The position numbers and the translations under genes are program-made. The notes below the pieces were generated by a model. That model saw nothing but the letters and a program-made list of their open reading frames with translations, was not told the DNA's origin and searched no databases. 44,155 nucleotides of DNA from Acidobacteria bacterium 37-71-11 (lineage in GTDB: Bacteria > Acidobacteriota > Thermoanaerobaculia > Thermoanaerobaculales > Thermoanaerobaculaceae), in the NCBI GenBank assembly GCA_002279285.1, contig NCBR01000001.1:1-44155 (forward strand), written 5' to 3'. Of this stretch, positions 32,280 to 39,615 are shown piece after piece. Position 1 is the first letter of the stretch, and every line of letters begins with the position of its first letter.

Positions 32280-32810
32280 TCAGTCGTCGAGGTCGGCGGA
32301 TGCGACCGGGATCGGTGCGGGCGGCATGAGGCTGCGCACTCCCAGTTCGTGCACCAGACGGCCGCCGTTGTGCGCCGTGTTGGCGAGCACGATAGCGCCG
32401 GCGCCGTACACGCCCAGGAACAATAGCGTCAGCACGGTGGCTGGCACCCTTGCGAGCGGCCGCTTGAGAACGGCCGGCCCCGCCAGCAGGCCCGCGAAGA
32501 CGATCGTCAGGACCGTAAACGTCAGCCTGGTGCGTTCGGCCAGCTGCTCGTGGTGCTGGAGCACTTGGTTTACCTCGGGGGTGCGGTCGGCCAGCTTGCC
32601 GGCCGCCTCTCCGGTCGACACCGCCACGTAGCTCGCGGCGGTGCCCAGGACCATCAGGACCAGCGCTGAGGTCATGAACAGCGTCGAGTGGCGACCGACC
32701 AGAAGCGCGAGCACGATGAACAGCGGGGCGACCAGCAGCAGGGCGATCGGAAAGTGGACGATCAACGGGTGCAATCCGTCCCACGTGGGGATTGGGGGAA
32801 GCTCGAACAT
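32280..32810 (-). CDS. DUF2231-family integral membrane protein
   Basis: The ATG at 32810 is preceded by GGAGG with 8 nt spacing. 176 aa. The signature 'HPLIVHFPIALL' is followed by four hydrophobic helices and a C-terminal 'HNGGRLVHE'. Confidence 0.7.
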   Translation of the reverse strand: MFELPPIPTWDGLHPLIVHFPIALLLVAPLFIVLALLVGRHSTLFMTSALVLMVLGTAASYVAVSTGEAAGKLADRTPEVNQVLQHHEQLAERTRLTFTVLTIVFAGLLAGPAVLKRPLARVPATVLTLLFLGVYGAGAIVLANTAHNGGRLVHELGVRSLMPPAPIPVASADLDD

Positions 32811-32838
32811 GGGTCTGACCTCCAAGACAGCGCCGGAA

Positions 32839-32875
32839 CGGTCGCCCGCCAGACGGCAGGCCTGACGGGCGACCG
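32839..32875 (-). promoter_or_regulatory. Intercistronic stem-loop between the rubrerythrin and DUF2231 genes
   Basis: A perfect 10-bp inverted repeat is cGGTCGCCCG (32839-32848) / CGGGCGACCg (32866-32875), with a 17-nt loop that itself contains the palindrome CAGGCCTG. No U-tract follows, so it is not a canonical intrinsic terminator. Confidence 0.4.
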
Positions 32876-32907
32876 GTGGAGAAACGAGACGCGGCTCGCG
32901 CCGGCCT

Positions 32908-33558
32908 TCAGCTCACCTGGACGTACTTGTCCTTCGAGTTGAAGCACACCGGGCACTTCTCGAAGTTCATCTGCGCCGTCGTGTTGCCGCACACCGTGCA
33001 GACGTAGAACGGCTTGGCCTGGCTGCCCTTGAGGGCGCCCAGATTGTCGAGTGCGGCGGTGTACAGCTTGGCGTGCTCGGCCTCGACGCTCTTGGCGAAG
33101 TTGAACGTCTGGATGGCGTCGCGCTGACCCTCCTTGCGCGCTTGCGCCAGGAACTCGGGGTACATGGTGTCGCGCTCGTACGACTCGCCTTTGATCGCCG
33201 CCTCGAGGTTCTCCTTCGTGGACTTTACGTCCGGGACCTGGATGTCGGCCTTGGGGACGCCGCCGAGCTTCTTGATCACCGCGGCATGGTTGGCCGCGTG
33301 AATGCTCTCCGCGCGCGCGGCGGCGCGGAACAGGCTCGCGACCTCGCCGTACCCCTCCTCGCCGGCTTTGGCGGCGAACGCGAGGTAGCGGGCGTGAGCG
33401 TTGCTCTCGCCGTTGAACGCAGCGTTCAGGTTGTCCAGGGTCTTGGCCGTGGACGTGGCGGGAGCGGCCTCAATGCTGCGCAGGCCGAACCCGGCCACAG
33501 CGATCACGGCGACAAACAGGGCTAGCGCGGCGGGACGGACGAAACGGGGTGTAGTCAT
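32908..33558 (-). CDS. Rubrerythrin with N-terminal signal peptide / membrane anchor
   Basis: 216 aa. The signal-like N-terminus is MTTPRFVRPAALALFVAVIAVAGFGLRSIEA|AP. The ferritin-like di-iron domain has 'GESNAHARY' and 'EAEHAKLY' (ExxH). The C-terminal rubredoxin-like region is 'CTVCGN...CPVC'. A GAGGAGG SD is present. Confidence 0.85.
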   Translation of the reverse strand: MTTPRFVRPAALALFVAVIAVAGFGLRSIEAAPATSTAKTLDNLNAAFNGESNAHARYLAFAAKAGEEGYGEVASLFRAAARAESIHAANHAAVIKKLGGVPKADIQVPDVKSTKENLEAAIKGESYERDTMYPEFLAQARKEGQRDAIQTFNFAKSVEAEHAKLYTAALDNLGALKGSQAKPFYVCTVCGNTTAQMNFEKCPVCFNSKDKYVQVS

Positions 33559-33620
33559 CGATCTCTTCCTCCTCTTTCATGCGGTCGTGGAGCCGGTCTT
33601 CCGGCCCCGATTCTCAGCAG

Positions 33621-33636
33621 AGCAAGAGCGATGCCA
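33621..33636 (-). promoter_or_regulatory. Sigma-54 (-24/-12) promoter upstream of the rubrerythrin gene
   Basis: The minus strand reads TGGCATcgctcTTGCT. The consensus is TGGCAC-N5-TTGCW, and this site has correct GG/GC spacing. It lies ~64 nt upstream of the ATG at 33558 and immediately downstream of a sigma-54 enhancer-binding-protein gene. Confidence 0.7.
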
Positions 33637-33709
33637 GGCCATGGCGCGAGACCGATCTATTTCGACCACAATTACTTGCAGGATGAGCGAGCATCCCTGA
33701 ACGCGGCGC

Positions 33710-33749
33710 CCGTCAAGACTTCTGAACATCCGGGTCGCGTTCCGTCAAG
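33710..33749 (-). promoter_or_regulatory. Candidate upstream activator sites: two direct CTTGACGG copies
   Basis: On the minus strand, CTTGACGG occurs at 33749-33742 and 33717-33710, 32 nt apart (about 3 helical turns). These lie 75-115 nt upstream of the -24/-12 element. An A/T-rich stretch (gcaagtaattgtggtcgaaatagatc) sits between them and the promoter. The functional assignment is inference. Confidence 0.3.
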
Positions 33750-33767
33750 GGATTTATACGGCCGGCC

Positions 33768-35171
33768 TCACCGCGGCGCCTTGCCCCCACCCCTGACCTT
33801 CAGCTTGTACGCGAGGTGGCTGCGGGAGACTCCGAGCCGGCGCGCGGCTTCAGCCTGCACCCCGCCCGCCGCAGCCAGGGCGCGTTGGACCAGCGCGTCC
33901 TCCAAGGCATTCATAACGGCTGGCAGGTCAAGGGGATCAGGGAGCCCCGCGACGAGCTGCTCGACCCCGCTTCCATCTCGGCCCGGGCCGGCGCCCGGGG
34001 ACGCGCTCGCGGCCGCGAGGGGCACATCCTCCGCCTCGATGCGCGGTCCCGCGGCCAGGATCGCGGCCCGCTCGATCAGGTTGCGCAGCTCGCGGATGTT
34101 GCCGGGAAAGTCGTACGCGAGCAGCTTGGCCATTGCGGCCGGCGACACCGCCCGAGGCTCAACCTTGAGGTCGCGGGCCACGAGCGCGAGGAAGTGATCG
34201 ACCAGGTGCGCGATGTCGCTCCTGCGCGAGCGCAGGGGCGGGACCGCGATCGGCACCACCGCCAGCCGGTAGTAGAGGTCCTCGCGGAACACGCCCTCGC
34301 GGACGCGCCGCTCCAGGTCGCGGTTGGTCGCGGCGATGATCCTCACGTCCACGTGCCGCGCCACCGTCGAGCCGACGCGCACCAGCTCCCCGTTCATCAG
34401 GACGCGCAGCAGCTTGGCCTGCAGCGGCAGCGACATCTCCCCCGCCTCGTCGAGGAAGAGCGTGCCGAGGTGCGCGGCCTCGAAGACGCCCTGCCGGGGC
34501 CGGTCGGCGCCGGTGAACGCGCCGCGCTCGTGCCCGAAGAGCTCGCTCTCCAGGAGCGTCTCGGGAAACCCGGCGCAGTTGACGGCCACGAACGGGCGGC
34601 GGGCGCGGCCGCTCGCCGCGTGAATCGCCCGGGCCACCAGCTCCTTGCCCGTGCCGGTCTCGCCGCTGATCAGCACGGTCGCACCCGTAGGCGCCACACG
34701 GGCGATGAGTCCCCGGAGCGTGGCCATCTCCGGGCCGTCGCCCACCAAATCATCGGGCCCAGCGAGGCGGCGGACCTGGCCCCGCAACCTCTCGTTCTCC
34801 CGCAGCAGCTCGGTGCGCTCGCACGCCCGCTTCACGACGGCCCGCACGGCCGCGGGGACGAACGGCTTCGGGATCACGTCGAACGCTCCTTGCCGCATTG
34901 CATCCACCGCGAGTTCCACCGTCGCGTATGCGGTGATGAGGACGACGGGAACCGTCGGGTCCACCTCCTGGCAGGAGGCGAGCAGCGAGAGGCCGTCGCC
35001 GTCCGACATGCGCTGGTCGGTCACCACGAGGTCGAACGGCGACGCCGCAAACGCCTTGCGGGCCTCGTCCACACCGGCGGCCTCGACCACGTCGTGGCCG
35101 TCTCCCTGCAGGATGGCGCCCAGGACCCGGCGCATGTTGAGCTCGTCGTCGACCACGAGAAGCCGCGCCAC
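33768..35171 (-). CDS. Sigma-54-dependent response regulator (NtrC family: REC + AAA+ + Fis-type HTH)
   Basis: 467 aa with a GTG start. REC motifs are 'LLVVDDE' and 'DLVVTDQRMSDGDG'. AAA+ motifs are 'GETGTGKELVARAIH', the 'ESELFGHERGAFTGA' (GAFTGA) loop and 'LFLDEAGE'. The C-terminal HTH is 'AARRLGVSRSHLAYKLK'. Confidence 0.93.
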   Translation of the reverse strand: MARLLVVDDELNMRRVLGAILQGDGHDVVEAAGVDEARKAFAASPFDLVVTDQRMSDGDGLSLLASCQEVDPTVPVVLITAYATVELAVDAMRQGAFDVIPKPFVPAAVRAVVKRACERTELLRENERLRGQVRRLAGPDDLVGDGPEMATLRGLIARVAPTGATVLISGETGTGKELVARAIHAASGRARRPFVAVNCAGFPETLLESELFGHERGAFTGADRPRQGVFEAAHLGTLFLDEAGEMSLPLQAKLLRVLMNGELVRVGSTVARHVDVRIIAATNRDLERRVREGVFREDLYYRLAVVPIAVPPLRSRRSDIAHLVDHFLALVARDLKVEPRAVSPAAMAKLLAYDFPGNIRELRNLIERAAILAAGPRIEAEDVPLAAASASPGAGPGRDGSGVEQLVAGLPDPLDLPAVMNALEDALVQRALAAAGGVQAEAARRLGVSRSHLAYKLKVRGGGKAPR

Positions 35172-35175
35172 TCTT

Positions 35176-36384
35176 TCAGCCCTCCAAGACCACCGCCGGG
35201 TCGGCCGGGATGTTCAGCGCCAGGCGCACGCGGCCGGGTTTGTTGACTTCGAGGACGAGGTCGCCGCCGTGCCCGCGGGCGATGGCGCGCGAGATCGCGA
35301 GACCGAGGCCGGAGCCGCGCGGCTTCGTCGTGAAGAAAGGTTCGAACAGCTTCGGCACGACGTCCTCCGAAATCATCAGGTTCAGGAGAGCCTGGTGGAC
35401 CTGGAACGGGTCGAACGGCGCCACGAGGTCCTCGGCGCATTGCACCGTGAGTCGGAGGCCCGCCTGGCTCAGACGGGCTTGCGCCAGGCCGGCGACGTAC
35501 CCCACCGTCGTTGCGACCGGCGTGCGGCGCTTCTCGGGCTTTCTCTGGCGCGCGTACAGCAGAAAATCGCCGGTCAACGCCTCCAGCCGCCTGGCCTCCG
35601 TCCCGGCGACCTCCCGCCACTCATCCCTGCGGGCCGGGTCGGTGCTCGCGTCCTTGGCCAGTTCCAGCGAGCTCACGATCATCGCGACCGGGTTGCGCAC
35701 CTCGTGTGCGATCGCGCTCGCGAACCGTCCCACGGCGGCCAGCTTCTCCTCGGAGACCAGCCGGTCGCGGGCCCGCTCGAGCTCGGCCAAGGAGTGCCGC
35801 AACTTTCCCTGTTCCCGTCGCAACCGGCCCACCAGCAGCGCCACGACCGGGGCCACGACGCCGTAGACCAGCACGACGTTGGTTGCCTCGAAGTACTCCG
35901 TCGTCCCCATGGGAAGATGCCGCCGGTAGTAGATCCAGACCTCGAGGAAGGTGAGACCCGTGGTCGCGGCGACGACCACGGCAATCCCGGTGGCCCCGTA
36001 CCTGAACGCGGCCGCGATCACCGGGATGACCATCAGCACGACGTAGTGGGTCTCCTCCTTGCCGCCGAGCAGCGCGATCACGAACGCGAACGCGATGTTC
36101 ACCCAGATCGAGGCGCCGGCGTAGGTCCTGAGCGAGTGCACGTCGGGCGCGACCTGGCCCCCGTTGAGCCACGCGAGTTCGAGCGTCTGCATGAGAAACC
36201 GCCCCATCAGGACCACGAAGAAACCACGGCTCGGCGGCCCCAGCGCGGGCCCGAACAGCACGTGAACCACCGCGATCGCGGTCAGAAGGCACAGGTTCAG
36301 CAGGATGAGGATCGATTCCTGATCGCGCAGCGTTCTCGAATCCTCGAGGCTTGCGAGATCGGTCGAAGGGCGGTCCTCGGACAT
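35176..36384 (-). CDS. Membrane sensor histidine kinase with a truncated ATP-binding domain
   Basis: 402 aa. About five N-terminal TM helices are followed by the H-box 'FASAIAHEVRNPV'. After 'FQVHQALLNLM' the sequence jumps directly to 'ISEDVVPKLFEPFFTTKPRGSGLGLAISRAIARGHGG'. The F and G2 boxes are present, but the N box (NA..A) and G1 box (DxGxG) are absent. Confidence 0.85.
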   Translation of the reverse strand: MSEDRPSTDLASLEDSRTLRDQESILILLNLCLLTAIAVVHVLFGPALGPPSRGFFVVLMGRFLMQTLELAWLNGGQVAPDVHSLRTYAGASIWVNIAFAFVIALLGGKEETHYVVLMVIPVIAAAFRYGATGIAVVVAATTGLTFLEVWIYYRRHLPMGTTEYFEATNVVLVYGVVAPVVALLVGRLRREQGKLRHSLAELERARDRLVSEEKLAAVGRFASAIAHEVRNPVAMIVSSLELAKDASTDPARRDEWREVAGTEARRLEALTGDFLLYARQRKPEKRRTPVATTVGYVAGLAQARLSQAGLRLTVQCAEDLVAPFDPFQVHQALLNLMISEDVVPKLFEPFFTTKPRGSGLGLAISRAIARGHGGDLVLEVNKPGRVRLALNIPADPAVVLEG

Positions 36385-36461
36385 CGGCTCGCCGCGAGTC
36401 TACCATCGGCGCGCGCCCGTCGATCGGCCGGCGCGGGCCGTGGTCAGACGTGGAGGTCCAA

Positions 36462-38081
36462 CTAGACCCCGACGCCGGGGTGCTCGAGGTCCTCGGGCGG
36501 CGCCTCCCGGCTTTCCCGCGACAGGGACAGCAGCAGGAACATCGCCGCGAGCACCAGGTACGCGAGCGTGAACTGGTACGGGATGGCGCGTTGGAGCGAA
36601 CTCGCGAGCGTCCACGGCAGGTACATGTTGCCATCCGGCGAGGACGAGTGGATCACGCCGAAGAACGAGAACAGCGCCAGGATCCCGAGGTAGAGCGCGG
36701 AGCGCTTGAGGCGACGGTCGATCAGCTCGGCGAGGAACGCGCCCCAGAGCATCGCGGTGAGGATGAAGCCGTTCCCGAGTGCGACGGTCACGAGTGCCTC
36801 GGGCAGCTCCTTGCTCGCGGCCGCGAGCAGCTGCGCGAACTTGTCGGGCGGGATGAACGTGCCGTACTTGATCGCGAGCAGTCGCGCCACGGTCGGGAAA
36901 TACGCAAACGCCACCGCAGGCGCGTGCCGGGCAGGGCACGCGAGGAACGCTTGCACCATGATGTCGAGCGCCACGAAGATGAGGATCGGAGCGAGCACGC
37001 CGCGCGGGATCAACTCGACGATGTAGCCGACGTAGCCCAGGACGCCGCCCAGGCCGATGAACGCGCCGGTCAGCACGGTGTAGCCGGCGCGCGCCCCCAT
37101 CCCCTTGTATGCGGGTTGGCCGATGTACGGCGTGGACTGCGCGACGCCGCCGCACAGGCCGGCCACGAGCGTCGCGATCGCCTCGGTGAGCAGGATGTCG
37201 CGGGTCTTGAAGTCGTCGCCCGCCACCCTGGCGCTCTCGGTGACGTTGATGCCGCCGACCACGGTCAACAGCGCGAACGGCGCCGCCAGCGGCAGGTACT
37301 TCAGCGCCGCCACGAACCCCTTCACGAACAGCAGCGTCGGGACCGGAAACCCGAAGTGGAGGTCGGCGGCGGGGAGCGGCTTGTAGACGCCGCCGACCCA
37401 ACCGTGCGGCCCGAGCAGGTAGTAGAGCGCGGTGCCGATGGCGATCGCGGCCAATACGCCGGGGACGTTCTTCGGCAGCCGGATGCGCGCCACCAGGTTG
37501 TAGAGGATCAAGCCGAGCGCGATCATGCCGACGAGCGGCATCCCGAAGACGTCGAGCAGGGGCACGAAGCCGATCAGCGCGAGGCCGATGCCGGCCAGAG
37601 AGCCGAGAAGGCCGGCCTGCGGCACCATCCTCTGCACCCACCCGCCGCAGAACGAGAGCACGAGCTTGATCACCCCGATCATGACCATCGTGGCCATGCC
37701 GATGTACCAGGTCATCATCGCGGCGTCGTGGGGCGCCATCCCCTGCGCCTTGAGCGACACGAAGGCGGGGCCGAGCACCACGAGCGCGATCCCGATCGTC
37801 GAGGGCGTGTCGAGGCCGAGCGGCATCGCCGTGACCCTCGGGTTCCCCGTCTTCCGCGCCAGGCGGAACGCCATCCAGGTGTAGACGAGGTCGCCGAACA
37901 GCACGCCGAAGGCGGTGCCGGGGAACATCTTCGTGTACACGATGTCGGCCGGGAAGCCGAATGCGAACACGAGGATGCCGGCCAGGAACGACAGCACCGT
38001 CACGTTGTCGAACATCAGGCCGAAAAATCCGTTGACGTCGCCGATGGCGAACCACTCGTACCTGCTGCGACCTTGGGTCAT
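36462..38081 (-). CDS. Putative nucleobase (xanthine/uracil/NCS2-like) permease-family transporter
   Basis: The ATG at 38081 (MTQGRSRYEWFAIGDVNGFFGLMFDN...) is preceded by GGGAGA. 539 aa and polytopic. Glycine-rich helices such as 'PLGLDTPSTIG' and 'AQSTPYIGQPAYKGMGARAGYT' resemble permease-family proteins annotated as xanthine/uracil permeases. The family call is tentative. Confidence 0.55.
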   Translation of the reverse strand: MTQGRSRYEWFAIGDVNGFFGLMFDNVTVLSFLAGILVFAFGFPADIVYTKMFPGTAFGVLFGDLVYTWMAFRLARKTGNPRVTAMPLGLDTPSTIGIALVVLGPAFVSLKAQGMAPHDAAMMTWYIGMATMVMIGVIKLVLSFCGGWVQRMVPQAGLLGSLAGIGLALIGFVPLLDVFGMPLVGMIALGLILYNLVARIRLPKNVPGVLAAIAIGTALYYLLGPHGWVGGVYKPLPAADLHFGFPVPTLLFVKGFVAALKYLPLAAPFALLTVVGGINVTESARVAGDDFKTRDILLTEAIATLVAGLCGGVAQSTPYIGQPAYKGMGARAGYTVLTGAFIGLGGVLGYVGYIVELIPRGVLAPILIFVALDIMVQAFLACPARHAPAVAFAYFPTVARLLAIKYGTFIPPDKFAQLLAAASKELPEALVTVALGNGFILTAMLWGAFLAELIDRRLKRSALYLGILALFSFFGVIHSSSPDGNMYLPWTLASSLQRAIPYQFTLAYLVLAAMFLLLSLSRESREAPPEDLEHPGVGV

Positions 38082-38228
38082 TGGTGTCTCCCTGGAGGTG
38101 GAGGTTCGGGCGGCGCCGCGCCGGTCCCGCGTTGGGGACCGGTGCGCACGCACATTAGCGCTGCTCGCCCGATCATCGGCGAATACTAGCAAGAAAGCGG
38201 GGCGGCGCGACGAGGCGCGGCGAGGCGT

Positions 38229-39065
38229 TCAGCCGCGCACGAAGTCGGGGCGCGGGAGCCCCGGGATCAACCCGGCTTCGTGCGCGCGGCGGTAGAACAG
38301 CTCCACCCCCCGCCGCCCGCGCTCGCCGTAGTCGAGGGTCGCCTCGTTGACGTACATCCCGACGAAGCGGTCGCCCTTGGCGTGGTCCAGACCCCGGCCG
38401 AACGACAGCGCGTGCGCGAGCGCCTCCTCGCGATGCTCGAGCGCCCAGCGGATGGAGGCCTCGAGCACCCCGGCGACCCGGCGCATCAACGGCTCGCCGA
38501 GGTCGCGGCGGATCGCGTTGCCGCCCAGCGGCAGCGGTGTCCCGGTCTCGCCGGTCCACCACTCCCCGAGGTCCGCGACCTTGGCGAACCCCTCGTCGGC
38601 GAACGTGAGCTGGCCCTCGTGGATGACCACGCCCGCGTCCGCATCCCCGCGGCGCACCACGTCCATCACCGCGTCGAACGGGACATCGGTGCAACGCGCG
38701 GCGGGCTGCCAGAGCTGCAGGGCGAGACGGGCCGAGGTGAGCGCGCCCGGCGTCGCCACGGTCATGCCCGCGAGATCGCCGCGCGCCAGCGGCCGGCGGG
38801 CCAGGACCACCGGGCCGTAGCCGTCGCCGAGCGAGGCGCCGGAGTTGAGCAGCGCGTAGCGTTCGTCGAGGTGCGCGAACGCGTGCAGCGAGACCGCCGT
38901 CACCTCGTACAGCCCCTCCTTCGCCTTCTGGTTCAGGGTCTCGATGTCGGCAAGCGTTTCGGCGAAGCGCAGCCCCTCGGCCCCCACCTTGCCGTGCACC
39001 ACGGCGTAGTGCATGAAGGCGTCGTCGGCGTCCGGCGAGTGCGCGATGCGGATCAGTCGTGACAT
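38229..39065 (-). CDS. MqnA/MqnD-family protein (futalosine-pathway type periplasmic-binding-protein fold)
   Basis: 278 aa. The N-terminal 'IAHSPDADDAFMHYA' and the overall pattern are typical of the VitK2_biosynth (MqnA/MqnD) family. The sequence alone does not say which reaction it performs. Confidence 0.65.
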   Translation of the reverse strand: MSRLIRIAHSPDADDAFMHYAVVHGKVGAEGLRFAETLADIETLNQKAKEGLYEVTAVSLHAFAHLDERYALLNSGASLGDGYGPVVLARRPLARGDLAGMTVATPGALTSARLALQLWQPAARCTDVPFDAVMDVVRRGDADAGVVIHEGQLTFADEGFAKVADLGEWWTGETGTPLPLGGNAIRRDLGEPLMRRVAGVLEASIRWALEHREEALAHALSFGRGLDHAKGDRFVGMYVNEATLDYGERGRRGVELFYRRAHEAGLIPGLPRPDFVRG

Positions 39066-39119
39066 GGTCCCCCCGGCCCAAAGAGCGGGCGGCCGATTCT
39101 AGCCGACCGCGACGCCCGC

Positions 39120-39500
39120 TCAACCCTGCGCGGGCGGCACGCCCCCGGCGCCGCCATCCGCCTGGGACTCCATGTGAAAGCGCTGCAGGACGTGGTGGAT
39201 GACCGGAGCGAGCATGACGCCGGCGAGCACGAGGAAGACGACCCCGGCGAACAGGGCGTAGAGTCCGGCAAGCCACTTCCCTGCGGTCGTGCGCAGCGGG
39301 TCCACCGGACCCATCCCGCCGAGCAGCATCGCCGCGTTGAGGAACGAGTCCGGCCACGGCAGGCCCTCGACCCAGTGGTAGATCGCCATGCCGAGACCGA
39401 GCGTTCCAACGGCCAGCGGCAGGAGCGCGAACACGCCGGAGACCATGTGCCGGGCCAGGTGCCACGGCCGGCGGTGGAAATGAGTTTCGTTCGGCTTCAT
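39120..39500 (-). CDS. Small 2-TM ion-channel-like pore protein with a non-canonical filter
   Basis: The ATG at 39500 is preceded by GAGGAGG. 126 aa. The layout is TM1, a pore-helix-like 'WPDSFLNAAMLLGGMGPVDP', then TM2, which resembles Ion_trans_2 K+ channel pores. The TxGYGD filter is replaced by LGGMGP. Confidence 0.5.
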   Translation of the reverse strand: MKPNETHFHRRPWHLARHMVSGVFALLPLAVGTLGLGMAIYHWVEGLPWPDSFLNAAMLLGGMGPVDPLRTTAGKWLAGLYALFAGVVFLVLAGVMLAPVIHHVLQRFHMESQADGGAGGVPPAQG

Positions 39501-39615
39501 CACGCCTCCTCGGGCGCTGCGGCCGCGGGCCGAGCCCCGGTGGCGCCGCACCCGCTGTCGATCGGGATCTCGATGAGGAACGATGCTCCGACCGCCGGGT
39601 TCCGGCCGGCGGACG

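Noticed and set aside
38082-38228. A possible purine riboswitch or operator upstream of the nucleobase-permease-like gene. It has an 8-bp hairpin CCGGTCCC/GGGACCGG and an imperfect palindrome TCGCCGATGATCGGGCGA.
   Set aside because: It bears no resemblance to the conserved purine-riboswitch core (the three-way junction with U-rich loops). The structures are short and G+C-driven.
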